This document shows positions 13,254 through 24,570 of a DNA stretch of 64,000 nucleotides, in pieces. Location of the stretch: positions 64,179-128,178 of the forward strand of contig MU004184.1 of assembly GCA_010093605.1 (NCBI GenBank). The letters run 5' to 3'. Made by a program: the position numbers and the translations under genes. Numbering within the stretch: the first letter of the stretch is position 1; the number at the start of each line of letters is the position of its first letter. Source of the stretch: Lophium mytilinum. Lineage: Eukaryota. Below the pieces are notes generated by a model, which saw only the letters and a program-made list of their open reading frames with translations, searched no databases and was not told where the DNA came from.

Positions 13254-13745
13254 ATGCTCTCCAAGACTATCCTCCTCAGCCTGGCCGCCCTCGCCACCTC
13301 CGCTCTGGCTAGCCCAACTGTCCGCACTGACAGCTACTACTGGACTGTGGAGCGCTTCACAAGCACCTGCACGGCCGCGACCTGCCGCTACGACTTCAAC
13401 GTCACCGGCGCCTATGGCCCTCTCAGCCAACCTTCCTTCGACGCCTACGGCTGCGATGGCGAGACCGGCCCAGGCACCTTCGAGCCTTGTGCCACCCTCG
13501 GAATCGATGTTCCCGGAAGCGTGAAGACCAAGGAATTGAATCTGGGAGACAAGGCCAATGTGTTTGTCGAGTTCTCTTTCGAGCAGTAGGTGGCATAAAT
13601 GAGAATCGAAGATCTTGAATGCTGACAGATTGATAGGGAAGGAAAGACGTATACCTACACTGGTAACGAGACCGTTAGCCATACGAATGGCGGTGGACCT
13701 TCGGGATTCACTATTATCCCCAATACTGTTTCCGTGGTTGGCTAG
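13254..13745 (+). CDS. Small secreted Cys-containing protein, probably Alt a 1/Hrip1-like elicitor family; exons 13254-13585, 13637-13745
   Basis: Signal peptide MLSKTILLSLAALATSALA, WTVERFTSTCTAATCRYDFNV, 4 Cys, TATA at ~13111, and a 51-nt intron with gctgac branch point. The family assignment is by resemblance only. Confidence 0.8.
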
Positions 13746-14182
13746 ATGGATAGGCGGAGTCTAGACGGTTGAGATATTTTATGAGATCTGAGCAAGAACG
13801 GAAGGGGGCAGCAGCTTGGGATGGGGTGGAGGGACGCCTGTAAATTACTCTGTACATTCCTTTCGCATATGCATCGATATTGGAGTTCCTGATGGGGGAG
13901 AAACGAGGGGTGCATTATAAAAAGCCTTTGGGATAGACTGATCGTGTCGAGGGTTGATGCCGTGAGAAGTGATGATGCATAAGTGTCCCATGCCAAGCCT
14001 CCATCCTTCTCCACCAAAACAACATTGCCCTCTCTTTTCTCCAGCATAACCATCCCTTCGTACCCATTGGAGCTACCCATGATATCTTAGCACTGCCTTA
14101 GTTATTCTGCGCGTCCGGCGCGTCTCGAATCTGCGAATCGACCCCAGCATTCGAACCTTCCGCCCGCACGGTCGCAACCGCC

Positions 14183-16006
14183 ATGAGCTCAGACTTCGGA
14201 GACATCGACGACGACGACCTCATCCTCGCTGCCTCACAGACCGAAACTCTGATATCTAGCCAGCGGACTCCTCTCAAGGTGCTCCCAAGCAACCAAACTA
14301 GCGCTTTCCCTCCCTCCCAAATCGAAGGGACCCCAGCGCCGAAGCTCCTTACCACGTCTCCTTCCTCTGACTTCGGGGATATCGACGATGACGACCTCAT
14401 CTTCGCCGCATCTCAGACAGATACCCTGATATCCAGCCAGCGGAGTCCTCTCGAAGAGCTCTCAAGCAACAGATCATGGACGCCACCTTCCTCTCAATCC
14501 CAACCGACCCCTGCGCTGAAGCTCCTGTCGAAAGCACCCTCCTCCTCGCAGCAGCCCCCGATATCGTCGCAGCCTCAATCTCAGCCGGTAGTACGACCGC
14601 AGGACTTGGGTCCATACAGGTTCACATTTGGGAAACACAAGGGAAAGAAGGTTGATGAGGTGCCGAAGGGGTACATCTCGTTTCTTCGCGAGCAGGGCAT
14701 TCTGGAGCGCATTCCGCGTCCGAATTCAGCCTTGGAAGAGATGGATCGGCATGAAGAACAACGACGGCTTGCTGCTCAAGCTTCGGCGGCGCTCATTGTG
14801 TCCCAAATGGCTGCCCGCATTGGAGTTGCTCAGCCGCCTCCACTAGCCCCACAGGCTCCTCCGCCGTCCTTCCGATTCCCATTTGGCATGCATAAGAATA
14901 AGACACTGAGCGAGGTACCAGATGGGTACATACAGTATGTCAAAGCTCAGGGCTTGGCGGATGAGGTCCCTGGGCTTGCTGCGGCTTTGGAGCTATTCGA
15001 GAACCCGCCCGCAACTTTACCCTCTAGCCTGAGTGCAGTGGTGCCAATGTCGAGTGCTCCATCGTCAAGTGCACCTGCAAAGTCTTGCCCTCCTTCAAGT
15101 TCACAGAGACCAGCACTGGCGCCAATGTTGATGGCGACCCCTCCCTCCTCGAGTCTCCCACAAAGCTCGATGTCACCCTGGACCTCACAGATACAGGGAT
15201 CGGTACCAACTTTGAGTGCATTGCCACCGGTGTCGAGCCTCCCGCCAAGTTCGGTGCCTCCCTCGAGCTCTCAAATCCCCCAGATCGCTCTACCCGACGC
15301 TCTCACCTACCGTTTCACATTTGGAGTTCATGTTGGTAGATCTCTTGCAGAGGTTCCCTTTGACTATCTTTCCCATCTCAACGATCGAGGCATCATATCC
15401 TCAAGACCCGACTTGGCCGCCGCCATCGCAGACTTGCAGCAGCAGAATCCTTCCCTCTTTGCGCCTCCAGATCCATCACTTTATGTGCTGAATTTTGGCA
15501 GCAACCACGGGATGACACTAGACTCTGTACCTCCATCGTACATACAATATCTAAAAAATGAGAAGATTTCTGATACTCGTCCTGACCTTGCTGCTGCTCT
15601 GAAATATTTTGACAGGAAGAACAAAAAGGCCCAGAAGGAGCGAGCTAGGAAAGGCAAATCGTCCTCGAGGCCTACAAAACCTTTCGACGTCCCCGGCGAC
15701 CGTACACACGACGTCGGCCGATTCTTCCGCAACGACAAACAAATGTGGATAACAGCTGGGGACGCGAAGGCCTACTTCGGCGTCGAGACGCAGGCAGTTC
15801 TTGCTGCTGGCGTGCACGCAATTTCGGGAGGTCGAAGCAAGAAGGGCACAAGATTTTGGCTTCATCAAGTTTTCTACTTCGCCAAGCACTTCAAGACTAC
15901 CGGATCGGATACACCAACGCAGGCGTTGAATAAGTTTAAGGCCAGGAATTATGAAGTGGGTGGTGGCTCTATTACGAAAACAATCAGATGGGGTGGCTTT
16001 CGATAG
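14183..16006 (+). CDS. Hypothetical protein with four FGKHKG-type (ExoX C-terminal/DUF3820-like) repeats and an acidic SQ-rich N-terminus
   Basis: 607-aa ORF. Repeats: FTFGKHKGKKVDEVPKGYI, FPFGMHKNKTLSEVPDGYI, FTFGVHVGRSLAEVPFDYL, LNFGSNHGMTLDSVPPSYI. The 3' end may be spliced near 15956. Confidence 0.8.
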   Translation: MSSDFGDIDDDDLILAASQTETLISSQRTPLKVLPSNQTSAFPPSQIEGTPAPKLLTTSPSSDFGDIDDDDLIFAASQTDTLISSQRSPLEELSSNRSWTPPSSQSQPTPALKLLSKAPSSSQQPPISSQPQSQPVVRPQDLGPYRFTFGKHKGKKVDEVPKGYISFLREQGILERIPRPNSALEEMDRHEEQRRLAAQASAALIVSQMAARIGVAQPPPLAPQAPPPSFRFPFGMHKNKTLSEVPDGYIQYVKAQGLADEVPGLAAALELFENPPATLPSSLSAVVPMSSAPSSSAPAKSCPPSSSQRPALAPMLMATPPSSSLPQSSMSPWTSQIQGSVPTLSALPPVSSLPPSSVPPSSSQIPQIALPDALTYRFTFGVHVGRSLAEVPFDYLSHLNDRGIISSRPDLAAAIADLQQQNPSLFAPPDPSLYVLNFGSNHGMTLDSVPPSYIQYLKNEKISDTRPDLAAALKYFDRKNKKAQKERARKGKSSSRPTKPFDVPGDRTHDVGRFFRNDKQMWITAGDAKAYFGVETQAVLAAGVHAISGGRSKKGTRFWLHQVFYFAKHFKTTGSDTPTQALNKFKARNYEVGGGSITKTIRWGGFR

Positions 16007-16294
16007 TTGAGCCTAGGGTATGGTCACTATGTAAGGCGCACCAGCGACTTTTTCAAAGCTTGTCTCGTACGTTGGGACTCCTCTACCTGCATGACAATGC
16101 GGCCGTTTTGATCGTCTCCCGAAACCTCAGCGATCGGATGGGTTCCCGCCCTAAAGTGGGGTCCCAATATCGGAAGTAAAGTACCGAAGGTCATCATTGA
16201 TGAGATGTTCAGGACATGAATATAAGCTCCAGGCCTGACGGTTGCTTGTATCTCGCTTCCTGTTGGCTGCAGTTTGTACCTGCATTGTCTCACG

Positions 16295-17911
16295 ATGTTG
16301 CGCATTCCTCCTCTTGTATGGCTTTCATTAATGCCGGCCGCTCTCGCCACAGGATGGCATTCTGCAGCATGCTCATCTCTATCCGGACTATCGCTTTGCG
16401 GTCCCAAAGGTGTTGTGGTCTCCGCAACAACGATTGCAGCGGGCAGCAACTTCACAGGCATCACTGAAAACAGTGGATACAACGCCGTCCAGACCGATCT
16501 TCCAAGCTTGTGTAGAGTCGAGTACAACGTCCAGACTTCCTTGAACAGCTCTGCCGTTGCAGAAATATGGCTTCCTCCGCCATCAGCGTGGAACGGGCGC
16601 TTCTTAGCGGTTGGCAATGGTGGCTTCGCTGGAGGCGTAAACTACCCTGACGTCGTCTGGGGTGCGCGCAAGGGCTTTGCGACCATGAGCACAAACACCG
16701 GACACAATGGCAGCAGCTCCGATGGCACACCATTTCGAGATCCGGAAGCCTTGATTGACTGGGGTCATCGAGCTCTGCACTTTACGTCTGTGGCCGCCAA
16801 ATTTATCGTGAAAGCTTACTACGGTAGCACTGCAAGGCATTCCTACTACGCTGGCTGTTCAACCGGCGGACGTCAAGGCCTCAACGCGGCACAGCGCTAC
16901 CCATCCGACTACGACGGCGTCCTTGTCGGCAGTGCTATCGCCTGGCAGACACACACAAGTGCCTGGCAGACCTACGTCGCCCTACATCAATTCCCAAACA
17001 ACCGCTCCAGCTTCATCCCAGCGAGCATGTGGAGCACTATCTCCTCCGCCGTGCTCGATCAATGCGACAACATCGACGGAGTCGCCGACGGCATCATCAT
17101 GGACCCCTCTAAATGCGCCTTCCACCCCGAAGTCCTCCTCTGTAGTAAACCCAGCGCAAACGCATCCGCCTGCCTCACTGGCCCTCAAATCACAAACCTC
17201 AAACGCATGTACGCGCCCTGGCTCGCCCCCGACGGCCGCCTCATCAACCCCGGCATCTCCCCCTCCGGCGAGTCGAGCTTCAGCATCCTCATGAACGGCC
17301 TCACGCCCACCTTCGGGCCGACCTTCTACGCCGAGACCGTCTTCAACAACTCGGACTGGGACTGGCGCACGCAAAATATCGCTGACGTCGACATCGCTGA
17401 CAGCATCAACCCCGGCGGCTGCAACGCGTACGATCCTGATATGCGTCCGTTCCAGCAGCGCGGCGGGAAGGTGCTGCAGTATCACGGCTACTCGGATCCG
17501 TTGATCCCGTCGCTCAACGCGCCGGCGTTTTACGATCTCGTCAGCGTGTTCTTCGGGTCTGTGGGGAAGGCCGCGGAGGTGGAGGCGTTTTACCGCCTGT
17601 TTATGGTGCCGGGGATGGGTCACTGCGCTGGTGGGGTGGGGGCGTGGGCGCTGGATGGTGCATCGCAGGGTGGACTGGCGCCTGGAGGCGAAGGGAGGGA
17701 GTTCTCGATGCTATGGTCGTTGGTGGACTGGGTTGAAGGGAGGGTGGAGGCGCCGGAGAGGGTGGTCGGGACGAAGTATGTGAATGATACGGTGGAGTTG
17801 GGGGTGCAGTTCCAGCGGCCGGTTTGTAGGTGGCCAACTGTGGCGGAGTTTCGTGGGGGTGGGTTGGAGGATGCGGGGAGATGGGTGTGTCCTGGGAGGG
17901 AGGTGTATTGA
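16295..17911 (+). CDS. Tannase / feruloyl esterase (Tannase family), secreted
   Basis: WNGRFLAVGNGG, nucleophile motif GCSTGGRQG, HGYSDPLIP (Asp), PGMGHC (His) and RPVCRWP. Hydrophobic N-terminus. Confidence 0.95.
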   Translation: MLRIPPLVWLSLMPAALATGWHSAACSSLSGLSLCGPKGVVVSATTIAAGSNFTGITENSGYNAVQTDLPSLCRVEYNVQTSLNSSAVAEIWLPPPSAWNGRFLAVGNGGFAGGVNYPDVVWGARKGFATMSTNTGHNGSSSDGTPFRDPEALIDWGHRALHFTSVAAKFIVKAYYGSTARHSYYAGCSTGGRQGLNAAQRYPSDYDGVLVGSAIAWQTHTSAWQTYVALHQFPNNRSSFIPASMWSTISSAVLDQCDNIDGVADGIIMDPSKCAFHPEVLLCSKPSANASACLTGPQITNLKRMYAPWLAPDGRLINPGISPSGESSFSILMNGLTPTFGPTFYAETVFNNSDWDWRTQNIADVDIADSINPGGCNAYDPDMRPFQQRGGKVLQYHGYSDPLIPSLNAPAFYDLVSVFFGSVGKAAEVEAFYRLFMVPGMGHCAGGVGAWALDGASQGGLAPGGEGREFSMLWSLVDWVEGRVEAPERVVGTKYVNDTVELGVQFQRPVCRWPTVAEFRGGGLEDAGRWVCPGREVY

Positions 17912-17949
17912 TGAAGGCGTGCGCAATAGGATATCTTTTGACTGATGGG

Positions 17950-18300
17950 TAGACTACTGGCAGGGCTATTCTTAACGGTGGTTTCGAGCGAGCGAGAGAT
18001 GACTTCAAGCTTTGCTTTATCCATGTGCTCAAACTTTAAACAAAGATGCTCGATGTTGAGGTTGATGCAGTGGATTCAGGCTACCGTTTGGCCGACAGAA
18101 TTGTGGATGGCTGCGCTACTCCTAACGATGGTCTTGAGTGAGCAAGAGCCGACCTTAAGCACTGGGATATCCGTATGTTGCAATTTGAATCATCGGAAAG
18201 AGAAGTTCAACCTAAAGCAGTGGAGATTGGGCTACCGTTTGACTTAGGGAAGACCTACTCATCGAGTTTCTCCTTACAGTAATGTTAAGAGAGCAAGAAA
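17950..18300. repeat. Degenerate tandem array B, about 2.5 copies of a 150-bp unit, related to array A
   Basis: Cores at 17969, 18119 and 18270 (ctccttacagtaatgttaagagagcaag). gcagtgga...ggctaccgtttg at ~18067 and ~18217. Confidence 0.75.
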
Positions 18301-19077
18301 GGGCCTACACGCATCTTCTTTATGACGTGTAGTTGTCTAAAACTCCGAGTAAATTGAAAAAGTTCACTCATTTTAAATCGAACTGTTGTTTGGCTGACGT
18401 ACAGCTTGCTAGCCAAGCTCCTCCGCACAGTGACATTGACCTAGGAAAGGTGTAATAAGCGGCATAGTAAATCCGTATGCCTAAATCTGGAGCCAAGTGC
18501 TATGCGTAGTGCGTACAGTAATGTAGTGAACCTCAGAAAACACTTCCAAAAAGCAAAAAGAGTGAATGGAACCTTCAGGGCTCGAACGCCATCTAGGATG
18601 GAAAAAAGGGGGTTTTCCAAAGATTGGGTCGTAAGGTCTGTTGCGTGGCTCGCGGTGAACTCTGGTAAAAGGCAAGAGCTTAATCCGTTCCGACGCCGAC
18701 GCACCTTACTGAAATGATGGCCGAAAATATTAGGTATAAATAGGCTACTAGATTGCACGTGTCACATGTGATTAGATTGGTTGGGATTGGGGGCACGGTT
18801 CACGGCTCTAACGTGGGCAAGCCAGTCACATCATAACAGGTATGTACAACGAGGATTCAATTTGGCGTCTCACAGCTCTAATGTGTGGTGTTCGTAGGGT
18901 ATAAGGTACGAGGGCTAGGCAAACAGCGCGATCACAATGCAAAAGCGACATATCACGTGATGCAGATTCATAGTCACGGTCAGTGTAGTAGACTGGAAGC
19001 CTGCATACCAGGTTCTCAGTTTTGTGACTATGCCGTGACCGCAAAGTGACTGGAGCCCTTCAATCCACTTTACTACC

Positions 19078-20850
19078 TTACAAGTTCCTCTTCGTGAAGG
19101 CTGGAATCTTGACGATTAGTGCGGCGTAAGAGTACATGATACCCAATTCAGCCTGGTTTCCGTACTGTTGGCGCGTTAGTCATTGTTTCGAGCGGAAGTT
19201 GGTTTCATTATGTATACCGCAAGATAGGTCATGGCAACGCCCGAGTGCTTCGGCCGCGTGAGCCAAACCACCGTCTCTCGCGCGTGATTGCCCCAAGCCT
19301 CCAGAAGCTCCCGCTTGGTGGCCCACTCGGTGGAAACGTCGGAATACTCTGTTGCGTAGAGCTTATCGCCAATTCGTTTACCTGCAGCACCAGGGGAGCG
19401 TCAGCGCTATGCATGCAGTGGAAGTTGGACAGTGTGTTGGAGCTGCTCTGGGGCTACGAACGCTTAGACTTGTCCTCTTCCTCGCTGTCGGGGAGATCTT
19501 CATCGCTGTCGTAGAGAGCACCATCATTCAAAATCGGCTTCAGATCGACCTCCAGGTTCAACGCCTTGAATATCTCATATAGGGCCATGTCGCTCCCCTT
19601 AAGAGAACCAGGTAGGTGCTTGATGCTCTCTTCGTGGGTGTGGGCGTACGCGTGGGAGCAGTATATCCCGAGAAAGCCACCTGTCGTAGTCAGTCACACG
19701 CATTCATGCGAGTAGTGAGTGGAGACAATATCTACCCTTCGTCATGAACGCGGGCAGTTCCAACATGCTGAGGATCGCCTCATAGAGCGGAAGGGCCGTC
19801 GGGTCCAGCGAAGGGCAGCGGCCGGCAAGGTCGCCGGACCCGGAGGTGATGTAGAGGTTGTATGTGAGGGTAATTCGGTGGCCAGACTTGACTTCCAGGA
19901 CCTCGTGCTCGCAGTCGCTATAGAAGGCGGCCCACTGAATCTCTGCTGCATCGGTACCCTCCGTGCCTATGTTGCCCCAGTTGTAGATTATCCCGTTGCC
20001 TTGGTGTCTTACAACTAGCTCGCCGCCATCGTGGTCGCAAGGAAGGCAGACGACGAGGGAGCCGAATTGGGCTGAGCCGCGAGGGGTGTCGACGTGAGCC
20101 TTGAATTTACCAGAAGGGCCGGAGTAGACCTATTGTTGTCAGTGAAAGTACAAAGAAGCAACGCAGTGTGGAGCAGGAGGCGAAAGGCTTGGGCAACCAA
20201 AAAATGACATTACTCGGCTTTCAATTTTGCTTGCACCACGCCACTGTCAGGAGTGGCCTGGCTAGCAGGTGGTTGGTCAGTCAAAAGGCAATCGAATAAC
20301 TCACATTCAGCTTGTACAGCTCAGCCCGGACGCCTCGGAAGATGTCTCCGCCAGGCAAGCTCGGGAGCAAGACCTGGGCAATGGCGTCGATGATGCCGAC
20401 TTCATAGGGGTTGAAAGTCGAGCTGAATGCGGTGGTATCGAGCTTCGTAGCCTTGCGGTAAGTCTCGTCGTAGATGTCCTTGCCATTGTGCCCGAATGTG
20501 GCCGGCTGACAGTCATTGACCAGTTTCTCCAAGCTGGCAGCATCTCCGGGCTCGCAGGGGAGAGTGACCTTCGAGATGAGACCTTCAGCGGTGGTCGAGT
20601 CCCAGCGAATTGTGATTGGAGCGGTAAGTGCTTGTGCCAGACCCTGAGTGGACGGTTTACCAGCCTCAGGAGGAGCTGCAGAGGAGGACTGGGGACTTCC
20701 TCCGTCAGAGCCAGGCTTCGTAATCGGGATGCTGCCGCCAATGGTGTACGTAGCGCCGTTCTTCTGCTCCTCGATACGCTTGCCGAGTTGGGATAGGAGG
20801 CTGTCGCAGCTCATATCTGCGAGAGACCGGACGCCGTTCGAGGAAGACAT
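19078..20850 (-). CDS. 2OG-Fe(II) oxygenase superfamily protein; exons 20850-20305, 20129-19736, 19680-19462, 19381-19218, 19164-19078
   Basis: CQPATFG...YRKA, AELYKLN|VYSGPSGKFKAHVDTPR (HxD), WAAFYSDCEHEV (distal His), GHRITLTYNL and YGNQAEL. Four introns give a continuous frame. Confidence 0.9.
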
Positions 20851-22586
20851 AATTGCGGTTGATGGGAGAGGATCAACGTTGCTGTGCAATGCTGACTTTG
20901 CGGGTGGAACTGGAATGAGCTTGGGATTGAAGAGTTGAGAGTCGTGTGCGGTGCCTACCAGTCTTTATATACGTGAGTCGGGAGACTCTGACGGGGCGTG
21001 CGACCTTTGGCCAGGCAGCATCAAGCCCACGACACCAGACGCACGCCGGGTCACGTGATTGTGTGACACAAAATCAGGCACCAAACGGTGATCTTCTTGA
21101 GATTCATTGGGCATCTTGAAATTTCGATTACGAAAAGTGGAGAACTCGGGTGGACCTACATGCAAGGGACTCTGAATACGGAGCTAGCACAACACGAGAA
21201 ATCTTACTCTGAAGTTTGCTGATGTAGCAGCAACTGATCATCATCTTGACTAGAACAGCGTATGAACCGCTAGCTGTGCCACTCGTTACAGTGGTTCAAG
21301 GTTAAGAAGAGCGATCTTCAACAGTACGGATATCTATGCCCAATGCGAGTACCAGCCACATTCGCTGTAGGTTGTACTCATACCTACGCATCGCAAAGGT
21401 GTCGGGACTTCGCAGCGTTCTAGGAATAGTAGAATGTTGGCTGAAACAGGGGCTCGTGTGTAGCACCATGGCCCTAACCCGCAGTCATGTATCCTGTGGG
21501 AGTCGCCTTAGATCTAAAGTCCTTGCTGAGGCCATTGATGGATTTCGAATTGATCGTTTCAGGGGTCTGCGGGCGTGCCGTCCTCTGGCATCAGGTGCTG
21601 GTGGGTGCCCGGAGGTCTGAGAAACACAACACTCCGAATAGCGTGAACGGTGTCACTGCTACGATGGACTAGGAAGCTCTCTCTGAGTGTTCTGATGTAT
21701 CGATGAAGGCGGAGAGTTTGGGAACAAGGGGTTGGGGAGAGTTGGAAATATGACGCCAGGACGCGACTCCCAGCTGAGTCATCCACTCATGTCTTCCTCA
21801 ACCCATGGTTTTGATAGCGTCAATCAACATCACGTTCATCTACAAACTACATTTTTCCCATCGTGAAAGGCGTTACATGGCCCCTACGTCTTGGGATAGT
21901 CTAAAAATTCTTTAGAGTGTGCGGCAAGTTGCATAGCCCCTCATGGATGCCGTTCGCGCGTTGCTTGCTTTTTTGAACCTGCATTTCATCGCTCAAACAT
22001 TAGGCGCTTATGGCTAGTCACTTTCAAGCAGAGCTTTGCATTGATGCGGCGTGGACTTGCTTCTCCACGATGATTCTCGTCGCTTGTTCGGAAAGTTTTT
22101 TTTCCAGGGGGGAAAGATGGTTCCACGGTTCAGATCGATGCGACCCGTGGAAACCTCACACCGAGGCTCAGCTACATTACGAACACCAAGACCATGCTGA
22201 AGGCCGTAACAGCAACCCAATACTAACACAGTGTACTCAAACATCCCCAACTTGCTTCTTTTACCTCTTGACCGAGAATCCTCATCCGGTATTGTCTCCA
22301 GGTGGTACGGACGAGCCATGAGACGTGCAGTCTTTTCAAAAATCTCATCACGATCGTACCGAGTTATGAAGAATGGGTTCCGTGGTAAGTATCGGTCTCG
22401 GCACACCGCAATATCGTACTTCAACATATTCCCATTTCATTCCCTCTCTCTACTACTCAAGCCCTCCCGTGCGTGCTGAAGCCTCAAACGCCGCCATACC
22501 CCCTTAGCATACTCTTGAAAGCTACAACTGCCCCTCTCAACCCCAGCCAACCTTCCGAGGCACGAAGACTTTACCCTCGTCCGAAA

Positions 22587-23849
22587 ATGAGTCTCGGCGG
22601 TGGTTGTATCCCCTTAGTGCCGCCTAAGAGGTCAAAGAAGATTGCTGTCCTTAGCCTCGCATACGACATTGCCCTATACAACCGCAACTTCGCCCAGCTT
22701 TCGTACCGCATCCGCAAGAGCAACCTGAGAAGAGCGCGACCCTCATTGAGGAAGATATCAAAACGTCTGAATGGGGAACATGGGCCGCTTCACAGAATCC
22801 CAAAACACACGCCCACAAACCTGAAAACCATCAAAAAATTAGGGAAGCACGACTCGCCGCCTGTGCAACTTCCAAGTCCAGATGCCAGCAAAGAAGAAGT
22901 CCGGTTGTTCATCCACATGGTCCTCACACACGAGGTACACCAAATCTACAAGCACTATCCGGAGTTTATCGTCGCTACTGTCTATGCTTGGCTTGGAAAC
23001 GGCCAGGATTTCCGAAATTTAGAGAAAGACGATTTCTTTGCTCTCTGTCCTGATATGATCAGCGTCCCGGCTTTCGCTGGGCAGATGAAGAAACGGAAAC
23101 TATTCTGGGGGAAAACAAAAGTCAAACCTTTCAGGGTGCAAGCAACATTCAAATGCACCGAGGCAATCGGCGAAGCGTTATGGAACTCCTTTCGTCGCCT
23201 ACTGGCGGCAGAAAAGAAACAGAAGAACCTCGAGGACCGCCAGAGAAAACAGGATGGACTACAAGACACAGCGGACTCGAACCAAGATGCTCCTACACAC
23301 CGTCAGTTTGAACCAGACTCTGTGTCCCACGCCAAAGCCACCACGAAGCGCAAGGCTCGAGTTCAGCGAGTGTCAAAATGTACCGCATTCATCGAAAAGC
23401 CCCAGAACAAAATTGACGAACAAGCTATGATAGCGGAATCGATCCGGAAGGAACGCTTCGAGCATCTTAAAAGAGCTCAAGTCGTGGGCGAACAGTCAAT
23501 CACGCGCAAGACTCGAGTACAGCGACGTCGATACGAAGTAAAATACCATAGCCGGAATTACGTCCCTGAGGTTCCGACTAGTGGTTCAGAACGGAAAGTC
23601 ACATACGCACCACCAAGAAACTTCGCAGAATCCGCTATTGTAGACGCTTTTGAGGAATGTCGAAAATTTTATAAAGACGAAACCATCGTACCGAATCCAC
23701 TACCGCCGAAAGGCTCGTTTGGTAGGCTGTTTAATATTGAGACTAGCGAGGAAGGACGAGATATTACGGTGACGTACGGTAACAATGTAGGCTTGTCTAC
23801 CTTTCGTATGTGGAAGAATGTAGACCGCGACAGTCAATCATGGATGTAA
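22587..23849 (+). CDS. Hypothetical basic protein
   Basis: About 420 aa from ATG 22587, Lys/Arg-rich. No confidently recognised domain. Confidence 0.6.
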   Translation: MSLGGGCIPLVPPKRSKKIAVLSLAYDIALYNRNFAQLSYRIRKSNLRRARPSLRKISKRLNGEHGPLHRIPKHTPTNLKTIKKLGKHDSPPVQLPSPDASKEEVRLFIHMVLTHEVHQIYKHYPEFIVATVYAWLGNGQDFRNLEKDDFFALCPDMISVPAFAGQMKKRKLFWGKTKVKPFRVQATFKCTEAIGEALWNSFRRLLAAEKKQKNLEDRQRKQDGLQDTADSNQDAPTHRQFEPDSVSHAKATTKRKARVQRVSKCTAFIEKPQNKIDEQAMIAESIRKERFEHLKRAQVVGEQSITRKTRVQRRRYEVKYHSRNYVPEVPTSGSERKVTYAPPRNFAESAIVDAFEECRKFYKDETIVPNPLPPKGSFGRLFNIETSEEGRDITVTYGNNVGLSTFRMWKNVDRDSQSWM

Positions 23850-24570
23850 CCAACTATAGTCCAATTTTGTCCAAGTTTCGGTCTTTGAGAGCTTATTTGG
23901 TAGATTTAGACTAGATAAATAAGAATGAGCCATAGGAATCCGATGATTCTGCATCACTTATGGGAATTTCTGAGCTCGCGTTAAAGGCTTTTCGGTCTCA
24001 GTTAACCTGTATGAAAATCTGAAACCAGGATCGTTCCTATATTTTCAGATCCTTCGGAAGTCTACGGGCAGTTCATACATTAAATGAGGCTGCAACTCTA
24101 CTATAGAGGCACGGAAAGACTGGCCGGACTTGATAACGCCGTAGACGCGAGAAGTAGCGGCTCGGGGCATTCAAGATGCGTTTCAGCGAAGGTGGCGTGG
24201 GCAGCCACTATTTCACTCTAATGGACCACGATCGGGCGCCTCTTCCAGCCACATTCCCTTCGTCCGCTTTTCTGACTGGCTATTATACAATTCCCCGCCA
24301 CAAACGATATTATCGTGCTGCGGGAGGTGTCGTGCCGAGCCCGCCGTCAGTAGTGGCTGCGTTGTCAGCGGCGCAGCCGTCTGTCAGCAACACTAACATG
24401 CATGTGGTCCGTTCAATGGTGTCTGTCAGCGTTATGATCTCCGCTAATCCCTACCATTGATTAGATCCCCGCAGGGTACCTCATTCGATAAAAGGACAAG
24501 CAGCCCTCGACCCCATAGCCGATCTTCCTTGCTCCAGTGATCTCCTCTCAGCGGAAATCACCGCACCATT

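Noticed and set aside
22014..22427. 137-aa minus-strand ORF divergent from the 22587 gene
   Set aside because: No recognisable domain. A YDIA resemblance to its neighbour is too short to be meaningful.
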